Below, in pieces: positions 1 to 9,268 of a stretch of 64,000 bases of DNA (its first letter is position 1; each line of letters starts with the position of its first letter). The translations under genes and the position numbers were made by a program. Under the pieces are notes generated by a model that was not told the origin of the DNA, searched no databases, and saw only the letters and a program-made list of their open reading frames with translations. The stretch comes from Candidatus Xenobia bacterium (GTDB lineage Bacteria > Vulcanimicrobiota > Xenobia > Xenobiales > QWHO01), in the NCBI GenBank assembly GCA_045863235.1, contig BTUM01000009.1, positions 1 through 64,000 on the forward strand, in the 5' to 3' direction.

Positions 1-1046
1 CTCGCGTGGTTACGGCCTCCGCAGTCTCTCTCTTGACACGCATCAGAAATGCCGTCTGCCAGAGGCTGCGGAGGACGCGCGGTCAACCGCAAGCGTTCGT
101 AGACCTTCCCCTTCCCTGGCTTTCTATCGATTTGGCTGTCGACCCTTGCGTAGGGCTTCAGATCCAGGCCCGACATAGAGAACTCGAGCTTGGAGAAGTC
201 GACTTGAGGCTGGAGGTAGTCCCCCGCAGTGATTTCCACCGAGATCTTGGGGCGACGGTTACCGGTCTTGTGGCCCGTCTTGGGTTCGCGACGCTCGATT
301 ACTGGGTCCAACACTGGCGCCGAGTTCCATTCCCCAGGCCCCAGGTGCTTTGCTACTAATGCATATTGAAGAAATCGAGACGCAAGCGGAGAGTATTCAG
401 AGAAAGCATCGGCCACGAAGGTCTGCCTGTTGAAGCTCCCCAGAGCAATGGCCTCATCATACCTACCAGTTTCGAACGCAAAGAGGACCTCGCAATGCGT
501 ATAAATGCTCATGACCCCAACTTGAATCTCAAGAGGTAAGGCGTGAACGCGCTCGGTCAGAGAGTCATGGTTAGCGGACCGGGTAATCTCGGTAATGGTT
601 GGCGCTCCATAGGAGCGGACGATCTCACTTTGACCCTGGAGCCACTGCTCCGGTTGACGCCGCCAACCGATAGTATGATCGAGAGTATAACGGCGAGCCC
701 GCACCTCGAAGCGAGAGCCCGGAAACTTGGCGATGACATCTTGATAGACCGCTAGCCCGCTTGCCTGGTCGTTGAATGCCAGGAAATGGATGAGTGCGAT
801 CTGAAACAAGCTCTCGGCGGCAATCGTCGTTCCAGGACTTCTAGTCACGATCCCAGAGAACTCGTCAAGAGCCTTTGAGAAATAGAGACTCCTTTTCAGT
901 CTCATCGCCTCATTAAACTCGGCTGTCCTGACCAATGGCTCATAAACCCTCGGTTCCTGACCACCGACTTTACGCGGATAAAACAGAGAAAGAAGGACAA
1001 CAAAAAGGGAGACTATCGCTAGCTTCGTGCAAATGGAAGGATTCAT
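1..1046 (-). CDS. Secreted/membrane-anchored TPR-like protein, 3' end runs off the window (not in the supplied ORF track)
   Basis: Manual translation from ATG 1046 (GGAGG upstream) stays open to the window edge: MNPSICTKLAIVSLFVVLLSLFYP (hydrophobic signal), then TPR-like helices 'KALDEFSGIVTRSPGTTIAAESLFQIALIHF...AVYQDVIAKFPGS'. Lower GC than the backbone. Confidence 0.7.
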   Translation of the reverse strand, partial: MNPSICTKLAIVSLFVVLLSLFYPRKVGGQEPRVYEPLVRTAEFNEAMRLKRSLYFSKALDEFSGIVTRSPGTTIAAESLFQIALIHFLAFNDQASGLAVYQDVIAKFPGSRFEVRARRYTLDHTIGWRRQPEQWLQGQSEIVRSYGAPTITEITRSANHDSLTERVHALPLEIQVGVMSIYTHCEVLFAFETGRYDEAIALGSFNRQTFVADAFSEYSPLASRFLQYALVAKHLGPGEWNSAPVLDPVIERREPKTGHKTGNRRPKISVEITAGDYLQPQVDFSKLEFSMSGLDLKPYARVDSQIDRKPGKGKVYERLRLTARPPQPLADGISDACQERDCGGRNHA

Positions 1047-1224
1047 GGGACCTCCGGAATGTCAAAACGGCTCAGCGATGTCGACGGGAGGTGGGATCCT
1101 TGACCAGTTAGGAAGTTCTGTATCCCACTTTGATACATGGACTCTTCGACTTTATGCCCTCCAAAGCTACACTAGCGTAATCTCGCCATCAAGAGAGCGG
1201 ATCGTGTTCTGCCGAGAATCGCGA

Positions 1225-1420
1225 CCGGGCGCAGGCCTGGCCCAGCGCCCGCCATACTTGCGACGCGCATCGCCGCACTCCTGTTGACAGCGATTCGATT
1301 CATGGCGCCCGGTGAGCTCGGCTTTCGGCTGATGGACTGGCGGCCCTCCAGGCCGTCAACGCCCGCATCCCGCATCGTGCCATTGGGCTCAAGAGCCTCG
1401 AGCCGCCAGGGCGCGCTTGA
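1225..1420 (+). pseudogene. Decayed, internally deleted copy of the 5' end of the gene at 2662
   Basis: 1225-1369 aligns with 2621-2793 and 1379-1420 aligns with 3076-3110. The start ATG is mutated to ATA (1254) and there are several indels. Confidence 0.85.
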
Positions 1421-1777
1421 ATCGTTCCGCTCCCCCCAGCGAAGGGTATGCGGGAGATACGCAAGCGATATCAGCGCCACCCGGACGACTCCTGGTTGTA
1501 CACCAAGCATGAGGGTCTGGATGCGTGCATCGAGCTTCCCTCTATCGGGGCTCGCCTGCGGCTGCGAGACCTCTACCGCAAAGACCATATCTAGTTCAGC
1601 CTGAAAGAGGACACTCAGGTGGTAAGGCTCCGGGTCTCGCCTGGCGATACAGCAGAGGCTCTCTCAAGAATCCAGGATCTTGCGATTGTGAGACGCTCAC
1701 TCGGGGCGAGCTTCAAATCTCTATGCTCCCGCGGTCCTCGCGGACCAAACCGGACAGTCCGAACCGATCCACAGGGC

Positions 1778-2167
1778 TCAATCCAAATTCGTCTGAAAGC
1801 CCAGAAGCTCGGCTACCTCGCGTTGGCGCTCGTCCAGGGTCAAGAACCAGATCCGAGCCGGCGCCTCTGCCACGTAGAGCGCGGCCGCCAGGTGCCACAG
1901 GTCGGCTCCCCTTATATAACCGGCGCCGAGAACTGAGGCAATCTCTCGGCCGAGAGAGCGATCCGGGAAGATCCAGCTGAGGCCAGCCAGAAAGCTCGGG
2001 TCGAACAGCACGGCCTCACGGGAGAACGCTGCTCGCAGCTCGGCCTCCAAGAGGTTGGCGGAAATCAGTTCGTCAAACTCTAGCAAGCGTTCCGCCATTT
2101 CATTCCATCCAGGCTCGCCGAAAGCGATGGCAACGTAGCACGAGGTGTCCACGTAGGCGAGCCTCAT
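1778..2167 (-). CDS. vapC: VapC-family PIN-domain toxin
   Basis: PIN acidic motifs YVDTS, LEAE, RGADLWHLAAA, FLTLDERQ; 129 aa; lies downstream of an antitoxin. Confidence 0.9.
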   Translation of the reverse strand: MRLAYVDTSCYVAIAFGEPGWNEMAERLLEFDELISANLLEAELRAAFSREAVLFDPSFLAGLSWIFPDRSLGREIASVLGAGYIRGADLWHLAAALYVAEAPARIWFLTLDERQREVAELLGFQTNLD

Positions 2168-2170
2168 TGT

Positions 2171-2446
2171 CTAATCCCTTTCAGCCAGGAAGCGTTTCAA
2201 AGCGCCTGGCTTCTTGACGACGCGCTCCAATCTCCTTGGGGGCGACTCGGCATGCTCCAAGATACGCTCCTCGGCCAAACGCCGAAGCCGGTTCTCCAGG
2301 GCGGAATCGGACCCCGCAACCGGCCTTACCTCCGCGATTGGCTCGCCGCGGTGCGTGATCGTGACAATCTGTCCCGCGCGTACTTTCCGCAGGAGTTCGG
2401 AAAGATGGGCCTTCGCCTCATAAGTGGAGTAGCTGGATTTGCTCAT
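2171..2446 (-). CDS. Phd/YefM-family antitoxin
   Basis: YSTYEAKAHLSELLRKVRAGQIVTITHRGEPIAEV is the Phd/YefM signature; directly upstream of vapC. Confidence 0.9.
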   Translation of the reverse strand: MSKSSYSTYEAKAHLSELLRKVRAGQIVTITHRGEPIAEVRPVAGSDSALENRLRRLAEERILEHAESPPRRLERVVKKPGALKRFLAERD

Positions 2447-2452
2447 TCTAAG

Positions 2453-2479
2453 ATTGTAATCGGACTAGTCAGACTGGTC
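2453..2479 (-). promoter_or_regulatory. TA promoter: -10 box and tandem operator palindromes
   Basis: TACAAT 6 nt before the antitoxin ATG (leaderless geometry); GACTAGTC (2463-2470) and GACTGGTC (2472-2479) are operator-like palindromes. Confidence 0.55.
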
Positions 2480-2661
2480 AAGTAGCTGGGAGTCATGCGC
2501 AGCCGGTGACCACCCATCTTATCTACGCACCGTTCGTCCCGGTCCTCGGGGAACTGGGAGCACGTTAAAGGGGTCGGAATCACCCGGTGCGATGGAGGCC
2601 CGTCCCCTCGGTTTGGATGTCCGGGCGCAGGCCCGGCTCAGCGCCCGTCGAAGCGCCCGCC

Positions 2662-4590
2662 ATGCTTGCGACGCGCATCGCCGCACTCTGGTTGACAGCG
2701 ATTCTCTTCATGGCGCCGGCCCGAGCGGTGGAGCTCGACTTTCAGCTGATGGACTGGCAGCCCTCCAAGGATGCCGCCGTCAACGCCCGCATCGCCCAGC
2801 GCTACCAGCTCGACCTGAGCAAGTTGCCCACCCTGCAGCGCACCTCCGACGGACTGGTGCTGACCAACCCGGGCGGCGCCCCCACGGCCCTGGCCTACGC
2901 CCCGGTGGGAATGGCGGCGGGCAGCTTCACGCTGCGCTTCGAGGCCCGCTCCGACGCGAGGAGGGCGGCCTCGGCCCGCTTCGGGCCGGCCCGCCTCGAT
3001 TTCACCGCCACCCCGGAGTGGACCCCGCACTCGCTCACCGCCGAGGCCCCCGGACCGCTGGGGCCGAGCGGGGTGGCCATGGCGCTCAAGAGCCGCCAGG
3101 GCACGCTCGAGATCCGCGGGCTGACCATCGTGCGCACCGCTTTCCGCATCCGGGTGCAAACCGTCCCCCAGCTGGTGGTGGCCGCCGGCGAGGGCCAGGG
3201 CACGCTGGTAGGGGTGCTGGTGCACGTGGCCGGGGAAGTGCCCAAAGGCCTGAAGATGGAGTTCCGCCTGGTGCCCACTCCTCGCTGGCAGGAGGCCGCC
3301 CTGGGACCCACCGAGCCGCTGGCCGTGGTCACCGAGCACCAGACCGAGCAGAGCCAGGTGGCCCTGACCTGGCTTCAGTACCTGCCCATGGGGCTCACGC
3401 CCCAGACCACGGTCTTCTTCCGCGAGCCTCTCCAGCCGGGGTTGCTGCGCTGGCGGGTGGTGGACGAGCAGGGCCAGGTCATCCACGCCGGCGGGGATAC
3501 CCGGTTGGGACCCGAGCCCGTCGTTCAGAACGGTCCCGCCCGCCGAACCATCACGATTCGCGAGGACGGCGTGCTGCAGAGCGAGGGCCGCACCTTCTTT
3601 CCAGTGGGAGTCGTGCTGCGCGAGGCAACTCCTGACAAGCTGCGCCAGGTGCAGTCGCTGGGCCTGAACCTGGTCCAGGCCCAGAAGCTGGCCGATCCGG
3701 CCGCCTTCGTGACCCAGGCGGGCAAGCTGGGCATCCAGGTGGTGCTGCCGGCCGGGCTGACCGCCGAGCAGAAAGACTTCCCGGCCGCCGCCGCGGCCCG
3801 GGCCGGACAGCTGGGCAGCCTGCCCTTCCTGGCCTGGAGCCTGGTGGAGCAGCCCGACCAGCGGCCCGAGTACATCCCCCTGGTCGACCGGATGTACGTG
3901 GCCCTGCACCAGGCCGACGCCCGTCCCGTCTTCCAATCCAACCACAACCCCGCCAGCCTGGGCCTGTTGGGCCAGAGCGCCGACATCGTGGCCCTGGACC
4001 CGTTCCCCCTCAGCGACCTGCCCTCTCCGGTCAGCACCGTGGCCACCTGGCTCGACCAGGCCCGGTTGACCCTGCCGGCCGGCCGCTCGCTCTGGTTCGT
4101 CAACCAGGCCTTCGTGCAGCCTCCCACCTGGAGCCGCCCGCCCTCCTTCGAGCAGCTGCGCTGCATGGACTGGCTGGCCCTCAACCACGGCGCCAAGGGG
4201 ATCCTCTACGCTTTCCTCGAGGAGGGCGATTGGAAGCTCTTGGACAGCCCCCTGGCCGAAGCGGTGCGCCGCCAGGCCACCGAGATCAGCGCCCTGGAGC
4301 CTTATCTCACGGGCGAGGGCCCGGTGGGAGTCGAGCTCGAGGGCCCGGTGGACGCGGCCATCTTCCGCGATCCCAAAGGACGGGCTCTGCTTTCGGTGGT
4401 GAACGTCTCCGACCGCAACACCACCGGCGAGCTCTCGCTGGGCAAGGTGGGCAGCGTGCGCGAGCTGCCCAACGGGCCTCCTCTGCCGGGCGGGGCCCTG
4501 AAGCTGCAGCTGTCTCCCTATCAGGTGCGGCTCTACCTGCTGGAAAAGGATCCGCCCCCTCCGCCCACCCTCGAGCCGGAAGTCCCCTAG
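2662..4590 (+). CDS. Secreted protein with C-terminal glycoside-hydrolase-like TIM barrel
   Basis: Signal peptide MLATRIAALWLTAILFMAPARA; motifs FFPVGV, LGLNLVQ, ADIVALDPFP, WFVNQAF, WLALNHGAKGILY are typical of uncharacterised GH-like proteins. Start chosen at ATG 2662. Confidence 0.6.
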   Translation: MLATRIAALWLTAILFMAPARAVELDFQLMDWQPSKDAAVNARIAQRYQLDLSKLPTLQRTSDGLVLTNPGGAPTALAYAPVGMAAGSFTLRFEARSDARRAASARFGPARLDFTATPEWTPHSLTAEAPGPLGPSGVAMALKSRQGTLEIRGLTIVRTAFRIRVQTVPQLVVAAGEGQGTLVGVLVHVAGEVPKGLKMEFRLVPTPRWQEAALGPTEPLAVVTEHQTEQSQVALTWLQYLPMGLTPQTTVFFREPLQPGLLRWRVVDEQGQVIHAGGDTRLGPEPVVQNGPARRTITIREDGVLQSEGRTFFPVGVVLREATPDKLRQVQSLGLNLVQAQKLADPAAFVTQAGKLGIQVVLPAGLTAEQKDFPAAAAARAGQLGSLPFLAWSLVEQPDQRPEYIPLVDRMYVALHQADARPVFQSNHNPASLGLLGQSADIVALDPFPLSDLPSPVSTVATWLDQARLTLPAGRSLWFVNQAFVQPPTWSRPPSFEQLRCMDWLALNHGAKGILYAFLEEGDWKLLDSPLAEAVRRQATEISALEPYLTGEGPVGVELEGPVDAAIFRDPKGRALLSVVNVSDRNTTGELSLGKVGSVRELPNGPPLPGGALKLQLSPYQVRLYLLEKDPPPPPTLEPEVP

Positions 4591-4702
4591 CAGAGTGATG
4601 CAAAAGTCCCCGAAGAGGGCTTTTGCATCATCCTGCGCCCCTCCATGATCTTGTGGTGGCGGAGCTTTGCTTCGACACCACAACCAGTTTTGCATCCGCC
4701 TG
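4587..4702. repeat. MITE/REP-like composite hairpin, copy 1
   Basis: CAGAGTGATGCAAAA...TTTTGCATCATCCTG (4591-4635), second hairpin TTGTGGTGGCGGAG...CTTCGACACCACAA (4651-4683) and an extra IR TTTTGCATCCGCCTG (4688-4702). Shared with 31064-31290. Confidence 0.75.
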
Positions 4703-4759
4703 CCACGACCTCAAAGGGTCCTCGAGCCAGCCCGGCGAAGCCCAACGCGGTTCAATAAT

Positions 4760-5623
4760 ATGGCCTTTCTGCTCCGTTACGTCACCACGACCGACCGCCG
4801 ACCGGTCGGTCTTCGCGAGGTTGAGCGAGCGCTCGAGTTGAGCGGCCCGCTGACCTCGCGCCCCTCCAAGACCCAGGGAGAGCGCAGCCACTACTACCAG
4901 AACCCGGACACCGGCGTGCACTGCCGCTTCGTCAGCTACGAGCCGCACGAGGCCGGCGACATCGGGCTCGATTTCGAGATGCTCCAGCCCACTCCGCGCT
5001 TTTTTGCCCTGGAAGCCCTGCCGCTGGCCGTCTCGGTCGCCCGCGAGCTGCGCGCCCACGTGCAGGTGCTCGAGCCGCGCCCCCCCACGCGTCCCTTCGT
5101 GCCCACCGTGGAGTCTTTGCTGGTGGCCTGGCAGGACGGCAACCGCCAGTCCATCGAGGAGCTGACCGAGGACGGCCATCCTCCCGCTTTCTGCTCGCCC
5201 GAGGCGCTGGAAGACTCCTGGGAGTACATGACGCTCTACCCCGAGATGCGGCGCCGCTACGCCAAGAACGGCATGCAGGTGCCCCCCATTCGCCTCTTGC
5301 TGCGCAAGAGCGATGGGCGAGTGCTGCGAGTGGCCACCTGGAAGGGTCTCGGTCCCATCGTTCTGCCCGAGACCGACCTGGTGGAGCTGGTGCGCCCTCC
5401 CGGCGGGCTCGAGGACGGCAAGCTGTTCGACTGCGAGGAGCTGGTGGAGGCCTGCCGACCCCACGTGCGCGAAATCTCTCAGCCCATCTTCCACTACATC
5501 TTCGACAAGGACCGCGCCCCCGAGTCCATGGTGGACGCGGTCGGGCATCTGGCGGGCCGCACCGCCCGCCAGTTCGAGCCGATCGACTTCGACCAGGTCA
5601 CCGACGAGCTGCCTCAGCGCTGA
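4760..5623 (+). CDS. Hypothetical protein
   Basis: Long ORF with GC3-biased codons; ATG 4760 preferred because the upstream in-frame part lies inside the repeat. Confidence 0.7.
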   Translation: MAFLLRYVTTTDRRPVGLREVERALELSGPLTSRPSKTQGERSHYYQNPDTGVHCRFVSYEPHEAGDIGLDFEMLQPTPRFFALEALPLAVSVARELRAHVQVLEPRPPTRPFVPTVESLLVAWQDGNRQSIEELTEDGHPPAFCSPEALEDSWEYMTLYPEMRRRYAKNGMQVPPIRLLLRKSDGRVLRVATWKGLGPIVLPETDLVELVRPPGGLEDGKLFDCEELVEACRPHVREISQPIFHYIFDKDRAPESMVDAVGHLAGRTARQFEPIDFDQVTDELPQR

Positions 5624-5641
5624 TTTCGGGGTTCTAGAGCT

Positions 5642-7162
5642 TCATTGCAGCCACAGCTCCTTGAGAGTGGCCGCGGCCCGGTTGGGCACCTCACGCACCA
5701 GCTCCTCCACGCGCCGGGTCTGGCGAATGCTGGTCTCGGGGAAAACCTGCGTCTGACCCAGCTCGTTGATGCCGCTCGGACCTTGTCGGCTCTCCATCCC
5801 GAGCTGCAGGCGAGGACGCGCGCCGCCCACGGCGCTGGCGGCCAGGGCCACCAGCCCGGCCAGTAGGAAACCAGCCGCTAGCGAGGCCAGCGAGAGCTGC
5901 GAGGTGGGCGCAGCCGCCACTGAGGGCGGCTCGGATCCGGACGCGACCACCGCCGGCGTAAGGGGCGCGGTGATGGTCTGCACGGTCAGAAAGTCGCCCC
6001 GGGTCTCGTCCAGACCGATGGCGCCTTTGACCAGCTCGCGCACTTGCGCCGCCTGGGCCTCGCGGTCCAAAGCTACGGCGCAGCTCAGGCGGGCGATACG
6101 CGGCAAGCGATCCACCTTCACGAAGTAGTTGAGGTCGTGCTCGCGCCTGGTGATCTCGCAGATCTTGCTGTACTTGCGGCCATCCCGGCCAGTAGTGAGC
6201 TGGGTGGCTTCCTCATCGTCCGAGGAAGCTCCATATTCCTCGCTCTCCTTGCGCGACTGCAGCACCACGTAGTGCTCGGGGCCGCCCACGTCCTGCTTGC
6301 GAATCTCGATCTCGGAGCTATCCAATTGGACCGTCACGCTGGTAAAGGCGTGACCCGGCCCCAGGCAACGGTCGAGCAGGCTCTGGGCGCGCTGATTGAG
6401 GCTCAGCTCCAGGCTGGCCTGCAGCGAGCCGAGCAACTCGTGCTCGGCATTGGCCGCGCTGGCCGTCAGCACCCGCCCGTTCTGGTCCACCACGGTCACG
6501 TTCTCGGGCTTGAGGTTGCTGACACTGGCAGCCACCACGGCCACCATGCCGTCCACCAGGGCGCGATTGAGCGTCTGGCCGAGTTGCATCTCCACCTTCA
6601 CGCAAGCGGTGGGGGGAGCGTGATCGCCCGGAAAGTAATCGCTGGGCGGCAGGGCCAGCTGCACCGAAGCGTCGGCCACGCCCGGGAACTGGCGCAGGTC
6701 GACCCGCAGACGCTCTTGCAGCCGGGCCAGACGATCTTCCTCAGATGGTTGCTCGAAGGGACCCGGAGGGATGTCCACCAGCTCGACCCGAGCCCGCGGC
6801 AAGCCGCACTGGCGCAGGTGCTGCAGGGCGCGCCGATGATCGGACGGCGCCACCAGAAGGTTGTCCTGCTCGGCGGTCAACTCGTGACTGATGCCCACCA
6901 GCGAAAGCTCGCGGGCCATGTCGCGCAGCTCGACCGGGGCGACTGCAAACGAGTAGAGCTCGCGGGGAGCGTTGGCAGCGCGGGCCTGACCCAGCAGCAA
7001 GACTCCGCTAACCAGCGCCAGCAAGCCGCCGACGAGAGCAAGTCGCCTGCGAGGGGTCAACGCCGTCCAGGCGCGGCGGGGCAGCTCGAGATACCAGGGA
7101 GATTGAGGGGGTTTGGGATTCGTCCGCCCGGTCTGCAGGCGGGAATGCACGCCAGTGGCCAT
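5642..7162 (-). CDS. fliF: FliF/YscJ-family M-ring-like protein (orphan)
   Basis: N-terminal TM, 'ADASVQLALP', 'VAASVSNLKPENVTVVDQNGRVL', 'QRAQSLLDRCLGPG', 'VRELVKGAIGLDETRGDFLTV', second TM, C-terminal 'PNRAAATLKELWL'; SD GGAGAGG before ATG 7162. Confidence 0.8.
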   Translation of the reverse strand: MATGVHSRLQTGRTNPKPPQSPWYLELPRRAWTALTPRRRLALVGGLLALVSGVLLLGQARAANAPRELYSFAVAPVELRDMARELSLVGISHELTAEQDNLLVAPSDHRRALQHLRQCGLPRARVELVDIPPGPFEQPSEEDRLARLQERLRVDLRQFPGVADASVQLALPPSDYFPGDHAPPTACVKVEMQLGQTLNRALVDGMVAVVAASVSNLKPENVTVVDQNGRVLTASAANAEHELLGSLQASLELSLNQRAQSLLDRCLGPGHAFTSVTVQLDSSEIEIRKQDVGGPEHYVVLQSRKESEEYGASSDDEEATQLTTGRDGRKYSKICEITRREHDLNYFVKVDRLPRIARLSCAVALDREAQAAQVRELVKGAIGLDETRGDFLTVQTITAPLTPAVVASGSEPPSVAAAPTSQLSLASLAAGFLLAGLVALAASAVGGARPRLQLGMESRQGPSGINELGQTQVFPETSIRQTRRVEELVREVPNRAAATLKELWLQ

Positions 7163-7460
7163 GGGTCCGATCACCTCTCCAGAACGTAATGACGCCGGGG
7201 CTTTCTCTGTGTGCAGCCTCGGAAAAGGGGACGGACCGGTCCGTTGACCATCATACCCGCCCCAGATGAACAAAAAGTTACCGAAGCGCTAAGAGTCTGT
7301 GAACTTGTTTCCGGGATATGAACAGTCGTGACCGAACTGCCCGGCCAGCTGGTCATTGTGCGACTTGTCGGCGCGATTTGTTGCCAGATCGTGAACGGGG
7401 CGGAGGATTTACCTTCCGGCAACCCTTTCCCGGCAACAACCGCGCTAGAATCACTCCGGA

Positions 7461-8864
7461 ATGGAAATCAAGCAGTATTATCTCGGCTGTCTCTCCCACG
7501 CCAGCTACATGGTGACCGACCAGGCCACCAGGAGCGCCATCGTGGTCGATCCCCAGCGAGACGTGGACGAGTATCTCCAGGACGCCGCGGCCATGGGCGT
7601 GACCATCAAAGAGGTCGTGCTGACCCACTTTCACGCCGACTTCGTCTCGGGTCACCTCGAGTTGCAGAAACGAACCGGGGCCCCCATCTCCCTGGGAGAG
7701 AAGGCAAGGGCCGAGTATGATTTCGTGCCTCGTCGCGAGGGGGATGTCATCACCTGCGGCAACACGCGCCTGGAGGTCCTGGAAACGCCCGGCCACACGA
7801 GTGAGGCCATTTCGCTGGTGGCTTATGAGGGCGATGTCCCGAAGGCCGTCCTGACAGGGGACACGCTCTTTGCGGGCGACGTGGGAAGGCCCGATCTGGC
7901 CGTCTCCGAGGGAATTCCTCCCGAAGAGCTGGCCGGTCAGCTCTTCGACTCGCTGCACGGCAAGCTGATGCGGTTGCCGGACGACACCCTGGTCTACCCC
8001 GCCCACGGACCCGGGTCGCTGTGCGGCTCGGGAAGCACGAGTGGGCGCTCCTCGACCATCGGTCGGGAACGGGCCGAGAACCCGATGCTGCAGCCTGCGG
8101 ATAAGGCCACCTTCGTCCGGGCCATCAGCCAGGACCTGCCGGAGCTGCCCCCCTACTTTGCCCGCGACGCCCGGCTCAACCGAAGTGAGCGCGCCGATCT
8201 GGGCGACACGGTACGCGATGCCAACGTGCCCCTCAGCTTCGCAAAGGTGCTCGAGCTGCAGCAGGCCGGCGCTCAAGTGCTGGACGCGCGCATGCCGGAC
8301 GACTTCGCCGAGCACCACCTCAAGAACGCCGTTAACGTGGGGCTGGACGGTCGCTTCGCCCAGTTTGCCGGCTCTCTGCTCGACCCGGAGCGTCCGCTGG
8401 TGGTGATCGCCCCCGTGGGACGCGAAGTCGAAACCATCACCCGGCTTGGCCGGGTTGGTTTCGAGAACGTGGCCGGCTACCTGGAGGGAGGGGCCTGCTT
8501 CGTCCCCCCGGAGCACCGCTCCAGCCAGGCCCGCACATCGCCTCAGCAACTGGCCGAGCAACTGGCCGGACCAGAGCCACCCTTCGTTCTGGACGTGCGC
8601 AGCAACGAGGAATGGCGCTCAGCCCACCTCGAGGGGGCACGCCACATTCCTCTGACCGAACTGAACCAGCGCCTCGACGAGATCCCCGCCGAGCAACCCG
8701 TGGTGGTGCATTGCGCCAGCGGGTATCGTAGCTCGATGGCGGCCTCGGTGCTGGCTCTGCACGGACGCGCCTGCGTCACCGACCTGATGGGCGGGATCGC
8801 GGCCTGGCAACAGGCCGGCCTTCCGGTTGTGCGGCCTCAGGCCGACTCGGCAGCCTCGACCTGA
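7461..8864 (+). CDS. MBL-fold hydrolase with tandem rhodanese domains (persulfide dioxygenase-sulfurtransferase type)
   Basis: THFHADF, TPGHT, TGDTLF, YPAHGPGSLCG; C-terminal rhodanese HCASGYRS. Confidence 0.9.
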   Translation: MEIKQYYLGCLSHASYMVTDQATRSAIVVDPQRDVDEYLQDAAAMGVTIKEVVLTHFHADFVSGHLELQKRTGAPISLGEKARAEYDFVPRREGDVITCGNTRLEVLETPGHTSEAISLVAYEGDVPKAVLTGDTLFAGDVGRPDLAVSEGIPPEELAGQLFDSLHGKLMRLPDDTLVYPAHGPGSLCGSGSTSGRSSTIGRERAENPMLQPADKATFVRAISQDLPELPPYFARDARLNRSERADLGDTVRDANVPLSFAKVLELQQAGAQVLDARMPDDFAEHHLKNAVNVGLDGRFAQFAGSLLDPERPLVVIAPVGREVETITRLGRVGFENVAGYLEGGACFVPPEHRSSQARTSPQQLAEQLAGPEPPFVLDVRSNEEWRSAHLEGARHIPLTELNQRLDEIPAEQPVVVHCASGYRSSMAASVLALHGRACVTDLMGGIAAWQQAGLPVVRPQADSAAST

Positions 8865-9151
8865 TCGGCTTTCTTGCGCCTGGGCTTGGCGGGAGCTTTG
8901 GCCGCGCTGGCCGCTTTGGTGGCGGCCGCCTTGGACGCCTTAGCTGCCTTTGCCTCGGCCTTTTCTGCCTTCTCCTTGGCTTTCGCCTTGGCCTTGGTCT
9001 TGGCCTTGGACTCCTCGGGCACGTTCTGTATGCCAAACTCCGTGCACAGCTTTGAGGCCAGCTGGTCGGAAACGATCAAGCGGTCTCGGTCGAGCCACTG
9101 CTCGCCAACCCGTAAAAAGGTTCTTCCTCGATATTCGAATTTGCGCTCCAT
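8837..9151 (-). CDS. Small basic protein with Lys/Ala-rich histone-H1-like tail
   Basis: MERKFEYRGRTFLRVGEQWLD... followed by KAKTKAKAKAKEKAEKAEAKAAKASKAAATKAASAAKAPAKPRRKK; purine-rich SD-like sequence upstream. Confidence 0.65.
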   Translation of the reverse strand: MERKFEYRGRTFLRVGEQWLDRDRLIVSDQLASKLCTEFGIQNVPEESKAKTKAKAKAKEKAEKAEAKAAKASKAAATKAASAAKAPAKPRRKKADQVEAAESA

Positions 9152-9268
9152 CTGGGCACCCCTTCCTGTTCGGCCGCTAAAGGGCCGGCGGGGAAGACGA
9201 GCCTGACCCGTCTTCCAGCCGAAGCGTATTCGATACACCCCCCCCGAAGGCCTGTCAGAGGGGAGGGG

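Noticed and set aside
1050..1777. ORFs 1172-1588, 1284-1604 and 1619-1936
   Set aside because: They overlap the decayed duplicate or vapC and show no coherent protein features.
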